Assembly: GCA_003557965.1 (NCBI GenBank)
Contig: PWND01000266.1
Span: forward strand, 1-24,000
DNA length: 24,000 bases
Reading direction: 5' to 3'
From: Bacteroidales bacterium
GTDB lineage: Bacteria > Bacteroidota > Bacteroidia > Bacteroidales > UBA7960
Positions 16,677-24,000 of the stretch are shown here, piece by piece (within the stretch, counting starts at the first letter, position 1; each line of letters opens with the position of its first letter). Under the pieces are notes generated by a model. The model did no database searches. It saw only the letters and a program-made list of their open reading frames with translations, and was not told the origin of the DNA. The position numbers were made by a program, and so were the translations under genes.

Positions 16677-18206
16677 TTATGGTCTTACTTCTATTCTTTT
16701 TTTAACAATACCGGTAATTTTTTCAATTGGGATTCTGTCTTGTTGCATAGAATCGCGTTCCCTGATTGTAACTGTGTTGTCTTCAAACGTATCATAATCA
16801 ACAGTAATGCAGTATGGTGTCCCTATTGCATCTTGTCGCCTGTACCTTCTTCCGATAGCGTCTTTTTCATCATACTGACACATAAAATCATATTTCAGTT
16901 CATCAAAAATCTCTCTGGCTTTTTCACTAAGCCCATCCTTCTTCACAAGAGGCAGCACGGCAATTTTAACAGGAGCAAGTACCGGAGGTATGTTCATAAC
17001 CGTTCTTTCCGAGCCATCATCAAGTTTTTCTTCATTATAAGCATGTGTAATAACAGCAAGAAACATTCTGTCGAGGCCAATTGAAGTTTCCACAACATAA
17101 GGAACAAAGCTTTCGTTTGCTACAGGGTCAAAAAACTGAAGTTTTTTACCCGAAAACTTCTGATGTGCTCCCAGATCATAGTCGGTTCTTGAATGAATTC
17201 CTTCAAGCTCTTTAAACCCAAAGGGGAAATTAAACTCTATATCAGTTGCTGCATTTGCGTAATGAGCTAATTTTTCATGATCATGAAAGCGAAACTTCCC
17301 GGCAGGTATTCCAAGAGCCGTATGCCACTTCATTCTTTTTTCTTTCCAGTAGTCATACCATTCCTTTTCATGGCCCGGCTTAATAAAAAACTGCATTTCC
17401 ATTTGTTCAAACTCTCTCATTCGAAAAATAAACTGCCTTGCAATAATTTCATTTCTAAAGGCTTTTCCAATTTGCGCTATACCAAAAGGAAGTTTCATTC
17501 TTCCGGTTTTTTGCACGTTTAAATAGTTTACAAAAATTCCCTGTGCAGTTTCAGGCCTTAAGTAAACCATTGAAGCACCTTCACTAAGAGAGCCCATTTG
17601 TGTGTTAAACATAAGGTTAAATTTCCTGACATCTGTCCAGTTTCTTGACCCGGAAACAGCACATACAATACCAAGCTCTTCAATTAATGCCTTTACATCT
17701 TGAAAGTCTTCTGCTTCCAGCGATTTAACAAATCGTGAATTTATCTCCTCTATTTTTTCCCTGTTTTTTACAACACGTGGGTTTGTTTCAAGAAACATTT
17801 TCTTATCAAAGCTATCTCCAAAGCGCTTTTGAGCTTTTTCAACTTCTTTTTCTATTTTTTGCTCAAGCTTTTCAATGTACTCTTCAATTAACACATCAGC
17901 ACGATATCTCTTTTTCGAATCTTTATTATCAATTAAAGGATCATTAAAAGCATCAACATGTCCCGAAGCTTTCCAAACCGTTGGATGCATAAAAATTGCT
18001 GCATCTATTCCTACTATGTTTTCATGAAACTGAACCATTGACTTCCACCAATAATCCATTATGTTTTTCTTAAGTTCAGAGCCCGTTTGCCCATAATCAT
18101 AAACAGCACTCAGGCCATCATAAATCTCACTTGACTGAAAAATAAAACCATATTCCTTACAATGGGAAATTAGTTTTTTGAAAACATCATCTGCTTTTGT
18201 TGTCAT
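16677..18206 (-). CDS. glyQS: Glycine--tRNA ligase (alpha2 dimeric class II type)
   Basis: Motifs: HCKEYGFIFQSSEIYDGLSAVYDYGQTG, YLRPETAQGIF, FRNEIIARQFIFRMREFEQMEMQFF, ETSIGLDR. C-terminal anticodon-binding domain. Confidence 0.93.
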   Translation of the reverse strand: MTTKADDVFKKLISHCKEYGFIFQSSEIYDGLSAVYDYGQTGSELKKNIMDYWWKSMVQFHENIVGIDAAIFMHPTVWKASGHVDAFNDPLIDNKDSKKRYRADVLIEEYIEKLEQKIEKEVEKAQKRFGDSFDKKMFLETNPRVVKNREKIEEINSRFVKSLEAEDFQDVKALIEELGIVCAVSGSRNWTDVRKFNLMFNTQMGSLSEGASMVYLRPETAQGIFVNYLNVQKTGRMKLPFGIAQIGKAFRNEIIARQFIFRMREFEQMEMQFFIKPGHEKEWYDYWKEKRMKWHTALGIPAGKFRFHDHEKLAHYANAATDIEFNFPFGFKELEGIHSRTDYDLGAHQKFSGKKLQFFDPVANESFVPYVVETSIGLDRMFLAVITHAYNEEKLDDGSERTVMNIPPVLAPVKIAVLPLVKKDGLSEKAREIFDELKYDFMCQYDEKDAIGRRYRRQDAIGTPYCITVDYDTFEDNTVTIRERDSMQQDRIPIEKITGIVKKRIEVRP

Positions 18207-19189
18207 AAATCTATTTTGATTACTTTATTTAAATATTTTTTAAATTTATTTTCATTGCCAATAATTACCTTAATGCTTTCCGGAACTATTTCAACCTCAA
18301 GAGGTGTTTGCCCAAGAAATTCTCCATCAGCTTCAAGCATAAGAGGTGTTTTTGAGTCAAACTTTATATGCTTTGCCAAAAAAGTATCAACTTTTTTGTG
18401 TTTTTCTATCGTTCCATTATAAAGCCTTCTTACACTTGCTGCTACTCTAAGCAAACTCATGTGTTTTATGAGGGTTAAAGACAGCAAGCCATCATTAGGT
18501 ATTGCTCCGGGTGCCTGCTGCATGCCTCCCCCGTTAAACTTCCCGATACCTATTCCGACACTAAAAATTTTATCACTAAGCTTTTTCCCGTCTATTGTTA
18601 CATTAGCATTTAACGACTTATAAGAGAACAAAGATAAAATTAGGTTTTTTAAATACAATACAGGATTCTTTCTGCCTTTATCCTTGTCTGCATTTGTTCT
18701 TTGTGCAACAATTGCATCAAAACCCAGGCCTGCCATATTAACAAAATATCGCTTCATTTTTATAGTTTCAGAATAATACTTGATCTTTCCGGCATCCTGA
18801 ATAAAGGTCTTTTCCGCTTTAATTACTTTAATAGCTTCTTCATAATTTACCGGCACATCAAACGTTCTAACCCAGTCATTGCCGGTTCCTACAGATATCA
18901 TTCCTAACTTTATATCGGTAGTGGGAAGGTGTTTTTGAATAAAAATTCCGTTTACAACTTCATTCATAGTACCATCGCCACCAACAACAATTATTTTTTC
19001 GTATCCTTCCCGGATTTTTTCCTGAACTAAATTTATAGCATGGTTTCTTTTTTCTGTAAAAACAGCTTCAAACTCAAACTCATGCTTCTCCAGAAGTTTC
19101 GAGATCTCATCCCAATCCCTTCCACCTTTACCAACGCCGGCATTGGGATTAACTATTACTAACCACTCTTTTTTTTGCAAACTGTCCAT
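18203..19189 (-). CDS. Diacylglycerol-kinase-fold lipid kinase (YegS/BmrU family)
   Basis: Motifs: VIVNPNAGVGKG, IIVVGGDGTMNEVVNG, GTGNDW. Its stop overlaps the glyQS start in an ATGA junction (18203-18206). Confidence 0.85.
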   Translation of the reverse strand: MDSLQKKEWLVIVNPNAGVGKGGRDWDEISKLLEKHEFEFEAVFTEKRNHAINLVQEKIREGYEKIIVVGGDGTMNEVVNGIFIQKHLPTTDIKLGMISVGTGNDWVRTFDVPVNYEEAIKVIKAEKTFIQDAGKIKYYSETIKMKRYFVNMAGLGFDAIVAQRTNADKDKGRKNPVLYLKNLILSLFSYKSLNANVTIDGKKLSDKIFSVGIGIGKFNGGGMQQAPGAIPNDGLLSLTLIKHMSLLRVAASVRRLYNGTIEKHKKVDTFLAKHIKFDSKTPLMLEADGEFLGQTPLEVEIVPESIKVIIGNENKFKKYLNKVIKIDL

Positions 19190-19206
19190 AATGTTTTGAA
19201 AGCCTG

Positions 19207-19214
19207 CAAAAATA
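19207..19214 (-). promoter_or_regulatory. Perfect -7 box TAttTTTG (minus strand) upstream of the lipid kinase-glyQS-polyprenyl synthase string
   Basis: Plus strand reads CAAAAATA. It lies 18 nt upstream of the ATG at 19189. Confidence 0.3.
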
Positions 19215-19285
19215 CGAAAAAAATGAGAACGTTTTTTCTATTTTGCGATTCAAAATAAGTTAACAATCGAATAATAATGAGTTTC

Positions 19286-20278
19286 TTATTTTAGTATGCC
19301 GGCATTAATTATATGTTTAGCTATCTGTAAGGCATTTGTTGCGGCTCCTTTTCGCAGGTTATCTGCAACTACCCACAAGTTTAAAGCATTTTTGCACGAC
19401 TCATCACGCCTGATTCTGCCAACAAATACTTCATCTTTGCCTTGTGAGTAAATTGGCATTGGGTAAATGTAGTTTTCAACATCATCCTGAACAATAATGC
19501 CGGCTGTGTTATCTAATATCTCTCTGACATCCCCAACTTCATAATTATTTTCAAACTCCACGTTTATTGCTTCAGAGTGTCCTCCCAAAACCGGTATTCT
19601 AACAGCAGTAGCTGTAATCATAATGTCTTGAGAGTTAAGTATTTTTCTTGTTTCATTTACCAGCTTCATTTCTTCACTGGTATATAAATTATCACCAAAT
19701 TCTCCACCATGAGGAAAGCAGTTAAAGTCAATTGGGTGCGGATAAGCCGGTTCGTTACTCCTGCCCTGCCTTTCGCACATAAGTTGGTTTACTGCATTAA
19801 CACCTGTGCCAGTAACTGATTGATAAGTTGATACTACTATTCTTTTAATCTTGTATTTTTTGTGTAACGGTGCTAATGCCATTACCATTTGTATTGTGCT
19901 GCAATTTGGGTTTGCAATTATTTTTGTTTCCTTATTTATTAAATCAGCATTAATTTCCGGAACAACAAGTGGAATATTGTCATACATTCTCCATGCAGAA
20001 GAATTGTCAATAACAAAGCAGCCTTTTTCAGCAAACTTGGGTGCCCATTCTTTCGACACAGATGCCCCTGCACTGAAAAGAGCAATATCAGGCAATTTTT
20101 CTAAAGCATCTGCAATGGTTGTTACCTTATAATATTTGTTGTTTAGTTTTACTTTTTTCCCTGCAGAGCGTTGTGATGCTGCAGGAAAAAAGTCTGATAT
20201 TGGCATATCCTGTTCTTCTAATACTTTCATCATTATGCTGCCCACAAGCCCTGTTGAACCAATCAATGCAATTTTCAT
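19286..20278 (-). CDS. asd: Aspartate-semialdehyde dehydrogenase
   Basis: Start chosen at MKIALIGSTGLVGS (Rossmann GxxGxxG); the track start at 20332 is a TTG extension. Active-site region IANPNCSTIQ, then STYQSVTGTG. 330 aa. Confidence 0.92.
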   Translation of the reverse strand: MKIALIGSTGLVGSIMMKVLEEQDMPISDFFPAASQRSAGKKVKLNNKYYKVTTIADALEKLPDIALFSAGASVSKEWAPKFAEKGCFVIDNSSAWRMYDNIPLVVPEINADLINKETKIIANPNCSTIQMVMALAPLHKKYKIKRIVVSTYQSVTGTGVNAVNQLMCERQGRSNEPAYPHPIDFNCFPHGGEFGDNLYTSEEMKLVNETRKILNSQDIMITATAVRIPVLGGHSEAINVEFENNYEVGDVREILDNTAGIIVQDDVENYIYPMPIYSQGKDEVFVGRIRRDESCKNALNLWVVADNLRKGAATNALQIAKHIINAGILK

Positions 20279-20373
20279 GTTTCTGCTTTTTGTTTTTATT
20301 TGTTTTACCGCCTTTTTAGTACAATCTGCCAATTTTTACTAAAATCAGCTTTATAATTATATAATCTTTGCCA

Positions 20374-20381
20374 CAAAAGTA
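20374..20381 (-). promoter_or_regulatory. Perfect -7 box TActTTTG (minus strand) upstream of asd
   Basis: Plus strand reads CAAAAGTA, in the divergent asd/LTD-gene intergenic region, 96 nt upstream of the ATG at 20278. Confidence 0.3.
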
Positions 20382-20422
20382 CTATATTTACATTCTTTAG
20401 AAAAGCACAAAATGTATTCAAT

Positions 20423-23026
20423 ATGAAACAGTTTTTATTTTTTGCACTATCATTGTTGATTTCGTTTAATGTAGCACACTCACAGTTTTCTGATGATTTT
20501 AGCACAGGGGTGCTTGATTCTGAATGGGTTGGTGACAGGGGCAAATTTGTCATTGAAAATGAAATTTTACGATTAGACGACAATGAAGCAGGTTCTGCCT
20601 ATTTGGCAAGGCCTTCACAGATGGTTGAAGAAACACAGTGGGATTTTTGGGTAAGAATTAGTTTTACCCCTAGCGATAACAATTATCCATTGATTTACCT
20701 GGTTTCGGATAACTCTGATTTATCCGGCAGCCTTAACGGATATTTTATTAGAATTGGCAAAAGCGGTGCTGAAAACAACAGGTTGTTTTTTTACAGACAA
20801 GACGGGAATTCCCAGGTAGAGCTTTTAACCGGAAGTGACGACATTGCTTCTGCCAGTAACAACATAATGAGATTCAGAGTAACACGCGACAATAATGGCA
20901 ATTGGGATTTTTATGTTGACCCTGCCGGTGGAGAAATGTTTCTGCCCCAAGGCAGTGTTCATGATGACACTTATGCAGACTCAGATTATTTTGGAATAAA
21001 ATGTGTTTATACAATTACAAATTCTGACAGATTTTACTTTGACGACATAACTGTTGGCGATATTATTCCTGATTTGGAAAAACCATTTGTAAAGTACCTT
21101 GTTGCGAGAAACTCAACAACACTTGATGTTCATTTTAACAAGGCGTTGGATGTGCCTTCTGCAGAGTCTGTGTCAAATTATTTTGTGCAGGGAATTGGAG
21201 CTCCTACACTTGCTAATCGGGTAGATGGCAAGCCTTATCTTGTAAGATTAATGTTTCCCGCTGAATTTACGGAGCAAACAAATTACAACATCATAATAGA
21301 AAAAGTTGAAGATGTGTTTGGTAATGAAATGGATGCTTTTTCAGGCAATTTTCAACTGTATTATCCGCAAAAACATGATATTGTTTTTAACGAAATAATG
21401 CCAAATCCAACACCACCTATTGAGCTACCTCCTTATAAATATATTGAATTTCACAACACCAGTGAATACCAAATTAGCCTGGAAGGCTGGTCGTTTAAAT
21501 CAGGCAGCGATTCATCAAGAGAGTTGCCTTTTGGAATAATTCCACCAAATGGTTATATATTGCTTGTCAATGATGCTGATTTGCAATACTTTAGTGATTT
21601 TGACAACGTCATCAGCTCAAATCTTGGAGTTAATTTTCTAACAATAAGCGGCCGCACATTAGTTTTATATGATGCAAACGGAGATATAATGCATACTATT
21701 TCATATACTGACAAATGGTACAACGATCCTTCAAAAGATGATGGCGGCTGGGCGATTGAGCAAATAGACCCTTATAATTTTTGCGGAGGAATAAACAACT
21801 GGCGTGCATCTGTTGACCCCAGGGGAGGAACACCTCTTGAAACCAATTCTGTTGATGAAGATAATCCCGATGAGATTCCCCCTGATTTGCTTAGGGCAGG
21901 CTTTACAGACCCATATAATATTTTCCTGGTTTTCAGTGAGCCTATGGATGAAGAAAGCCTGAGTTCTGTTGATTATTATAATATTGACAACGGTATTGGA
22001 GCCCCTGCTAATATTGAGCTTGTAGCTCCCGCTTTCCAAAAAGTAAAATTACAGCTCTCTGAGCCACTTCAAAATGGAATTATTTATAATGTAAGTGTGG
22101 CACAAAGCCTTGCCGACTGTGCCGGAAACCCAATAAATAAAAATTACGCAAAAGTAGCTATACCTGAGCTTGCTGATAGTATGGATGTTGTTGTTAACGA
22201 ACTTTTGTTTAATTCACCCACAGGAGTGCCTCGATATATAGAACTTTATAACAGATCTCAAAAAGTTATTGATCTTTCGAAATACCGGATTAGCTCTAAA
22301 GATACTGTAGAAAACATTCTAACCGGCATCCGGAATATAAGCACAAACAGCTATTTACTTTTCCCCGATGATTATGCAGTACTTACAACTAACACTGTGG
22401 CTGTAATGGAACACTATCCTTATAATAATCCTGAGGCTTTTATACAGATAGAAACAATGCCAAGCATGACCAATGCACACGGGATAGTGGCATTCTCTCA
22501 TCAAAGCCACAAGATTATTGACATGATAGCCTATACAGAAGACATGCACTATGCACTATTAACAAATTTAAGCGGTGTTGCACTTGAGCGTTTAAACCCA
22601 AACCGCCCAACACAAGATTATTCTAACTGGCACTCTGCAGCTGAAAGAATAGGATTTGGTTCTCCGGGCCTTAAAAACTCTCAGTACACTGAAAACCTTT
22701 TAACACAAGACGACCCTATTGAAATATATCCGGAAATTTTCTCTCCTGATAATACAGGGCATAATGATGTTTTAAACATAGCTTATGAATTTGACGAACC
22801 GGGATATACAGCTAACATTACTATTTTTGACAGCAGAGGGCGGCCGGTAAAAACACTGACAAGAAGCGAGCTATTAGGTACCAGTGGTGTTATTACATGG
22901 GACGGCACAACTGATGATAACCAAAAAGCGTATATTGGAATTTACATAGTACATGTTGAAGTTTTTGACCCAAGGGGTAATGTAAAACATTACAAAAAAC
23001 CCGCTGTGCTGGCAGGAAAACTCTAA
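20423..23026 (+). CDS. Secreted multidomain protein: signal peptide, LamG/concanavalin-like domain, two tandem [Ig-like + lamin-tail domain] modules, and a T9SS-type C-terminal sorting domain
   Basis: Signal MKQFLFFALSLLISFNVAHSQ. LTD signatures IVFNEIMPNP…YIEFHNTSEYQISLEGWSF and VVVNELLFNSP…YIELYNRSQKVIDLSKYRIS. The C-terminus IFSPDNTGHNDVLNI…ITIFDSRGRPVKTL…WDGTTDDNQKAYIGIYIVHVEV resembles the type-B (CHU_C / FlgD-Ig-like) T9SS CTD. Confidence 0.8.
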   Translation: MKQFLFFALSLLISFNVAHSQFSDDFSTGVLDSEWVGDRGKFVIENEILRLDDNEAGSAYLARPSQMVEETQWDFWVRISFTPSDNNYPLIYLVSDNSDLSGSLNGYFIRIGKSGAENNRLFFYRQDGNSQVELLTGSDDIASASNNIMRFRVTRDNNGNWDFYVDPAGGEMFLPQGSVHDDTYADSDYFGIKCVYTITNSDRFYFDDITVGDIIPDLEKPFVKYLVARNSTTLDVHFNKALDVPSAESVSNYFVQGIGAPTLANRVDGKPYLVRLMFPAEFTEQTNYNIIIEKVEDVFGNEMDAFSGNFQLYYPQKHDIVFNEIMPNPTPPIELPPYKYIEFHNTSEYQISLEGWSFKSGSDSSRELPFGIIPPNGYILLVNDADLQYFSDFDNVISSNLGVNFLTISGRTLVLYDANGDIMHTISYTDKWYNDPSKDDGGWAIEQIDPYNFCGGINNWRASVDPRGGTPLETNSVDEDNPDEIPPDLLRAGFTDPYNIFLVFSEPMDEESLSSVDYYNIDNGIGAPANIELVAPAFQKVKLQLSEPLQNGIIYNVSVAQSLADCAGNPINKNYAKVAIPELADSMDVVVNELLFNSPTGVPRYIELYNRSQKVIDLSKYRISSKDTVENILTGIRNISTNSYLLFPDDYAVLTTNTVAVMEHYPYNNPEAFIQIETMPSMTNAHGIVAFSHQSHKIIDMIAYTEDMHYALLTNLSGVALERLNPNRPTQDYSNWHSAAERIGFGSPGLKNSQYTENLLTQDDPIEIYPEIFSPDNTGHNDVLNIAYEFDEPGYTANITIFDSRGRPVKTLTRSELLGTSGVITWDGTTDDNQKAYIGIYIVHVEVFDPRGNVKHYKKPAVLAGKL

Positions 23027-23039
23027 ACAAGAAAAATTC

Positions 23040-23077
23040 TGGCTTTTTGTTATTATATTGTTTTACACAAAAAGCTA
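23040..23077. terminator. Hairpin terminator between the convergent LTD gene and comF
   Basis: GCTTTTTGT (23042-23050) pairs with ACAAAAAGC (23067-23075) as a 9-bp perfect stem. It is extendable by G-U and U-A pairs, with a 16-nt loop. The right arm overlaps the comF stop codon. Confidence 0.5.
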
Positions 23078-23767
23078 AGAAGCTACTGCCATAGTTATTA
23101 TACTAATCTTAACGTTATCAATTTTCAGCAATTCCCGGGCACAAGCCTCTAAAGTTGCCCCCGTAGTAACTACATCATCAACAATAATAATATGCTTATC
23201 AGTAAATAAATTGCTGTTCTTTATGCTAAAAACCGTTTCAACATTCTCCCACCTGACAAACCTGGTTTTTTTTGTTTGAGTTTGTGTTTTTTCTGTTTTT
23301 ACCAAATTTGTTGTGTCAATAGGCAAAGACGTGGCTTCAGCCAATCCGGCTGCAAATACTTCACTTTGGTTATAACCACGTTTTTTCTCTTTTGATCTGT
23401 GCATAGGCACAGGAACAATAAGGTCAGCTTGTTTAATAATGTCTGTATCTTTTAATTCATATCCATAAAGCTTGCCTAAAAAATATCCAATATTTCTCTG
23501 CCCTGTATATTTAAACTTATGAATGAGTTTTTGGACGCTCCCTCCTTTTTGAAAATATAAAAAAGCTGAAACCCGCTCGAACGGGAACCGGCCAAGGAAA
23601 ATTTTTTCCATCTCATTATCGTTCTCTTTATGAAAGTTGGTTTTGGGCAATTTATAAGTGCATGATGAGCAAATTACCTTTTCATCTCCCAAAAGAGATT
23701 GGTGGCAAACATTGCACAAGTTTGGATATATTAATGAAATAAAGTTTTTTACAGCCTGTGTCAACAT
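23075..23767 (-). CDS. comF: ComF-family phosphoribosyltransferase-fold protein
   Basis: N-terminal double Cys-pair zinc-finger-like motif (CNVC…CSSC). PRTase loop IIIVDDVVTTGATLEA. Start taken at ATG 23767; the track start at 23776 is a TTG. Confidence 0.8.
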   Translation of the reverse strand: MLTQAVKNFISLIYPNLCNVCHQSLLGDEKVICSSCTYKLPKTNFHKENDNEMEKIFLGRFPFERVSAFLYFQKGGSVQKLIHKFKYTGQRNIGYFLGKLYGYELKDTDIIKQADLIVPVPMHRSKEKKRGYNQSEVFAAGLAEATSLPIDTTNLVKTEKTQTQTKKTRFVRWENVETVFSIKNSNLFTDKHIIIVDDVVTTGATLEACARELLKIDNVKISIITMAVAS

Positions 23768-23805
23768 TATTAACAATTGTATGTTTTACATTCAAATAAA
23801 AAAAA

Positions 23806-23813
23806 TATCTTTG
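23806..23813 (+). promoter_or_regulatory. Perfect -7 box TAtcTTTG facing the gene that begins near the window end
   Basis: TAnnTTTG match. The next plus-strand ATG with coding potential is at 23988, which implies a ~170-nt AT-rich leader. Confidence 0.3.
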
Positions 23814-24000
23814 CAGCCTGAAATTAAGTATATTCGGTTTTCAAATAAACGAAAAACCTATAAAATATAAAAGGATTGTTAATTACTTTTTTAAAAAAAG
23901 AAACATTTTTTATTGTTTTTCGTACTACTTCATATATAACTGAATTCATACAGTATTTATAAATAATAAAGAGAGAAAATAAAAACGATGGAAGAAGGTA

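Noticed and set aside
16647-17084. Long antisense ORFs: 145 aa here, also 11375-11797 (140 aa), 6259-6651 (130 aa), 21731-22039 and 9733-10041
   Set aside because: Each lies wholly inside and opposite a gene with strong family motifs (glyQS, purF, porK, the LTD gene, porN). Their translations are Cys/Phe/Asn/Ile-rich with no motifs, which is typical of frame-shadow ORFs.
20279-20332. TTG-initiated 18-aa extension of asd
   Set aside because: The Rossmann-fold N-terminus MKIALIGSTGLVG is the normal Asd start. The extension is Lys-rich and starts at a TTG.
23988-24000. Start of a plus-strand ORF (ATGGAAGAAGGTA) at the window edge
   Set aside because: Only four codons are visible, so it cannot be supported as a gene or assigned a function.
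1-24000. Search for tRNA/rRNA genes, CRISPR arrays, IS elements, integrases, toxin-antitoxin pairs, or compositionally foreign islands
   Set aside because: Intergenic regions are short (the longest is ~316 nt), very AT-rich and lack tRNA-like GC-rich arms or spaced direct repeats. No transposase or recombinase-like translation occurs in any frame. Composition looks uniform by eye. The window is best described as core chromosome.

Overview
This is an AT-rich chromosomal segment from a Bacteroidota genome, and almost all of it is conserved core genes. The taxonomic call rests on a complete porP-porK-porL-porM-porN type IX secretion (T9SS)/gliding-motor cluster, a FISUMP lipoprotein, a long-form PurF and TAnnTTTG promoter boxes.

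Gene order:
- miaB 5' end (-), broken by an in-frame TAA
- topA (+) and an arginase-fold gene (+)
- porP/K/L/M/N (+)
- a tightly packed minus-strand block: udk, a PHP phosphatase, a long purF-like gene and a small AlbA_2+wHTH gene
- a FISUMP lipoprotein (+)
- a second minus-strand block: asd, then lipid kinase, glyQS and a polyprenyl synthase
- an 867-aa secreted protein (+) with two lamin-tail domains and a T9SS-type C-terminal domain
- comF (-)

All three convergent gene junctions carry clear bidirectional hairpin terminators. I found no tRNA, rRNA, CRISPR array, transposase, integrase or recognisable defence module.

I do not see a compelling novel system and will not claim one. The observations most worth follow-up:
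1. An arginase-fold protein that appears to have lost half of its Mn ligands, wedged between topA and the T9SS operon.
2. A nonsense codon at miaB codon 20.
3. A palindrome-rich ~200-nt region upstream of porP.
4. The udk/PHP/purF-like/AlbA_2 gene string.
5. The duplicated Ig+LTD architecture of the large T9SS cargo candidate.

All functional calls come from by-eye motif recognition in the translations. No database search was run.
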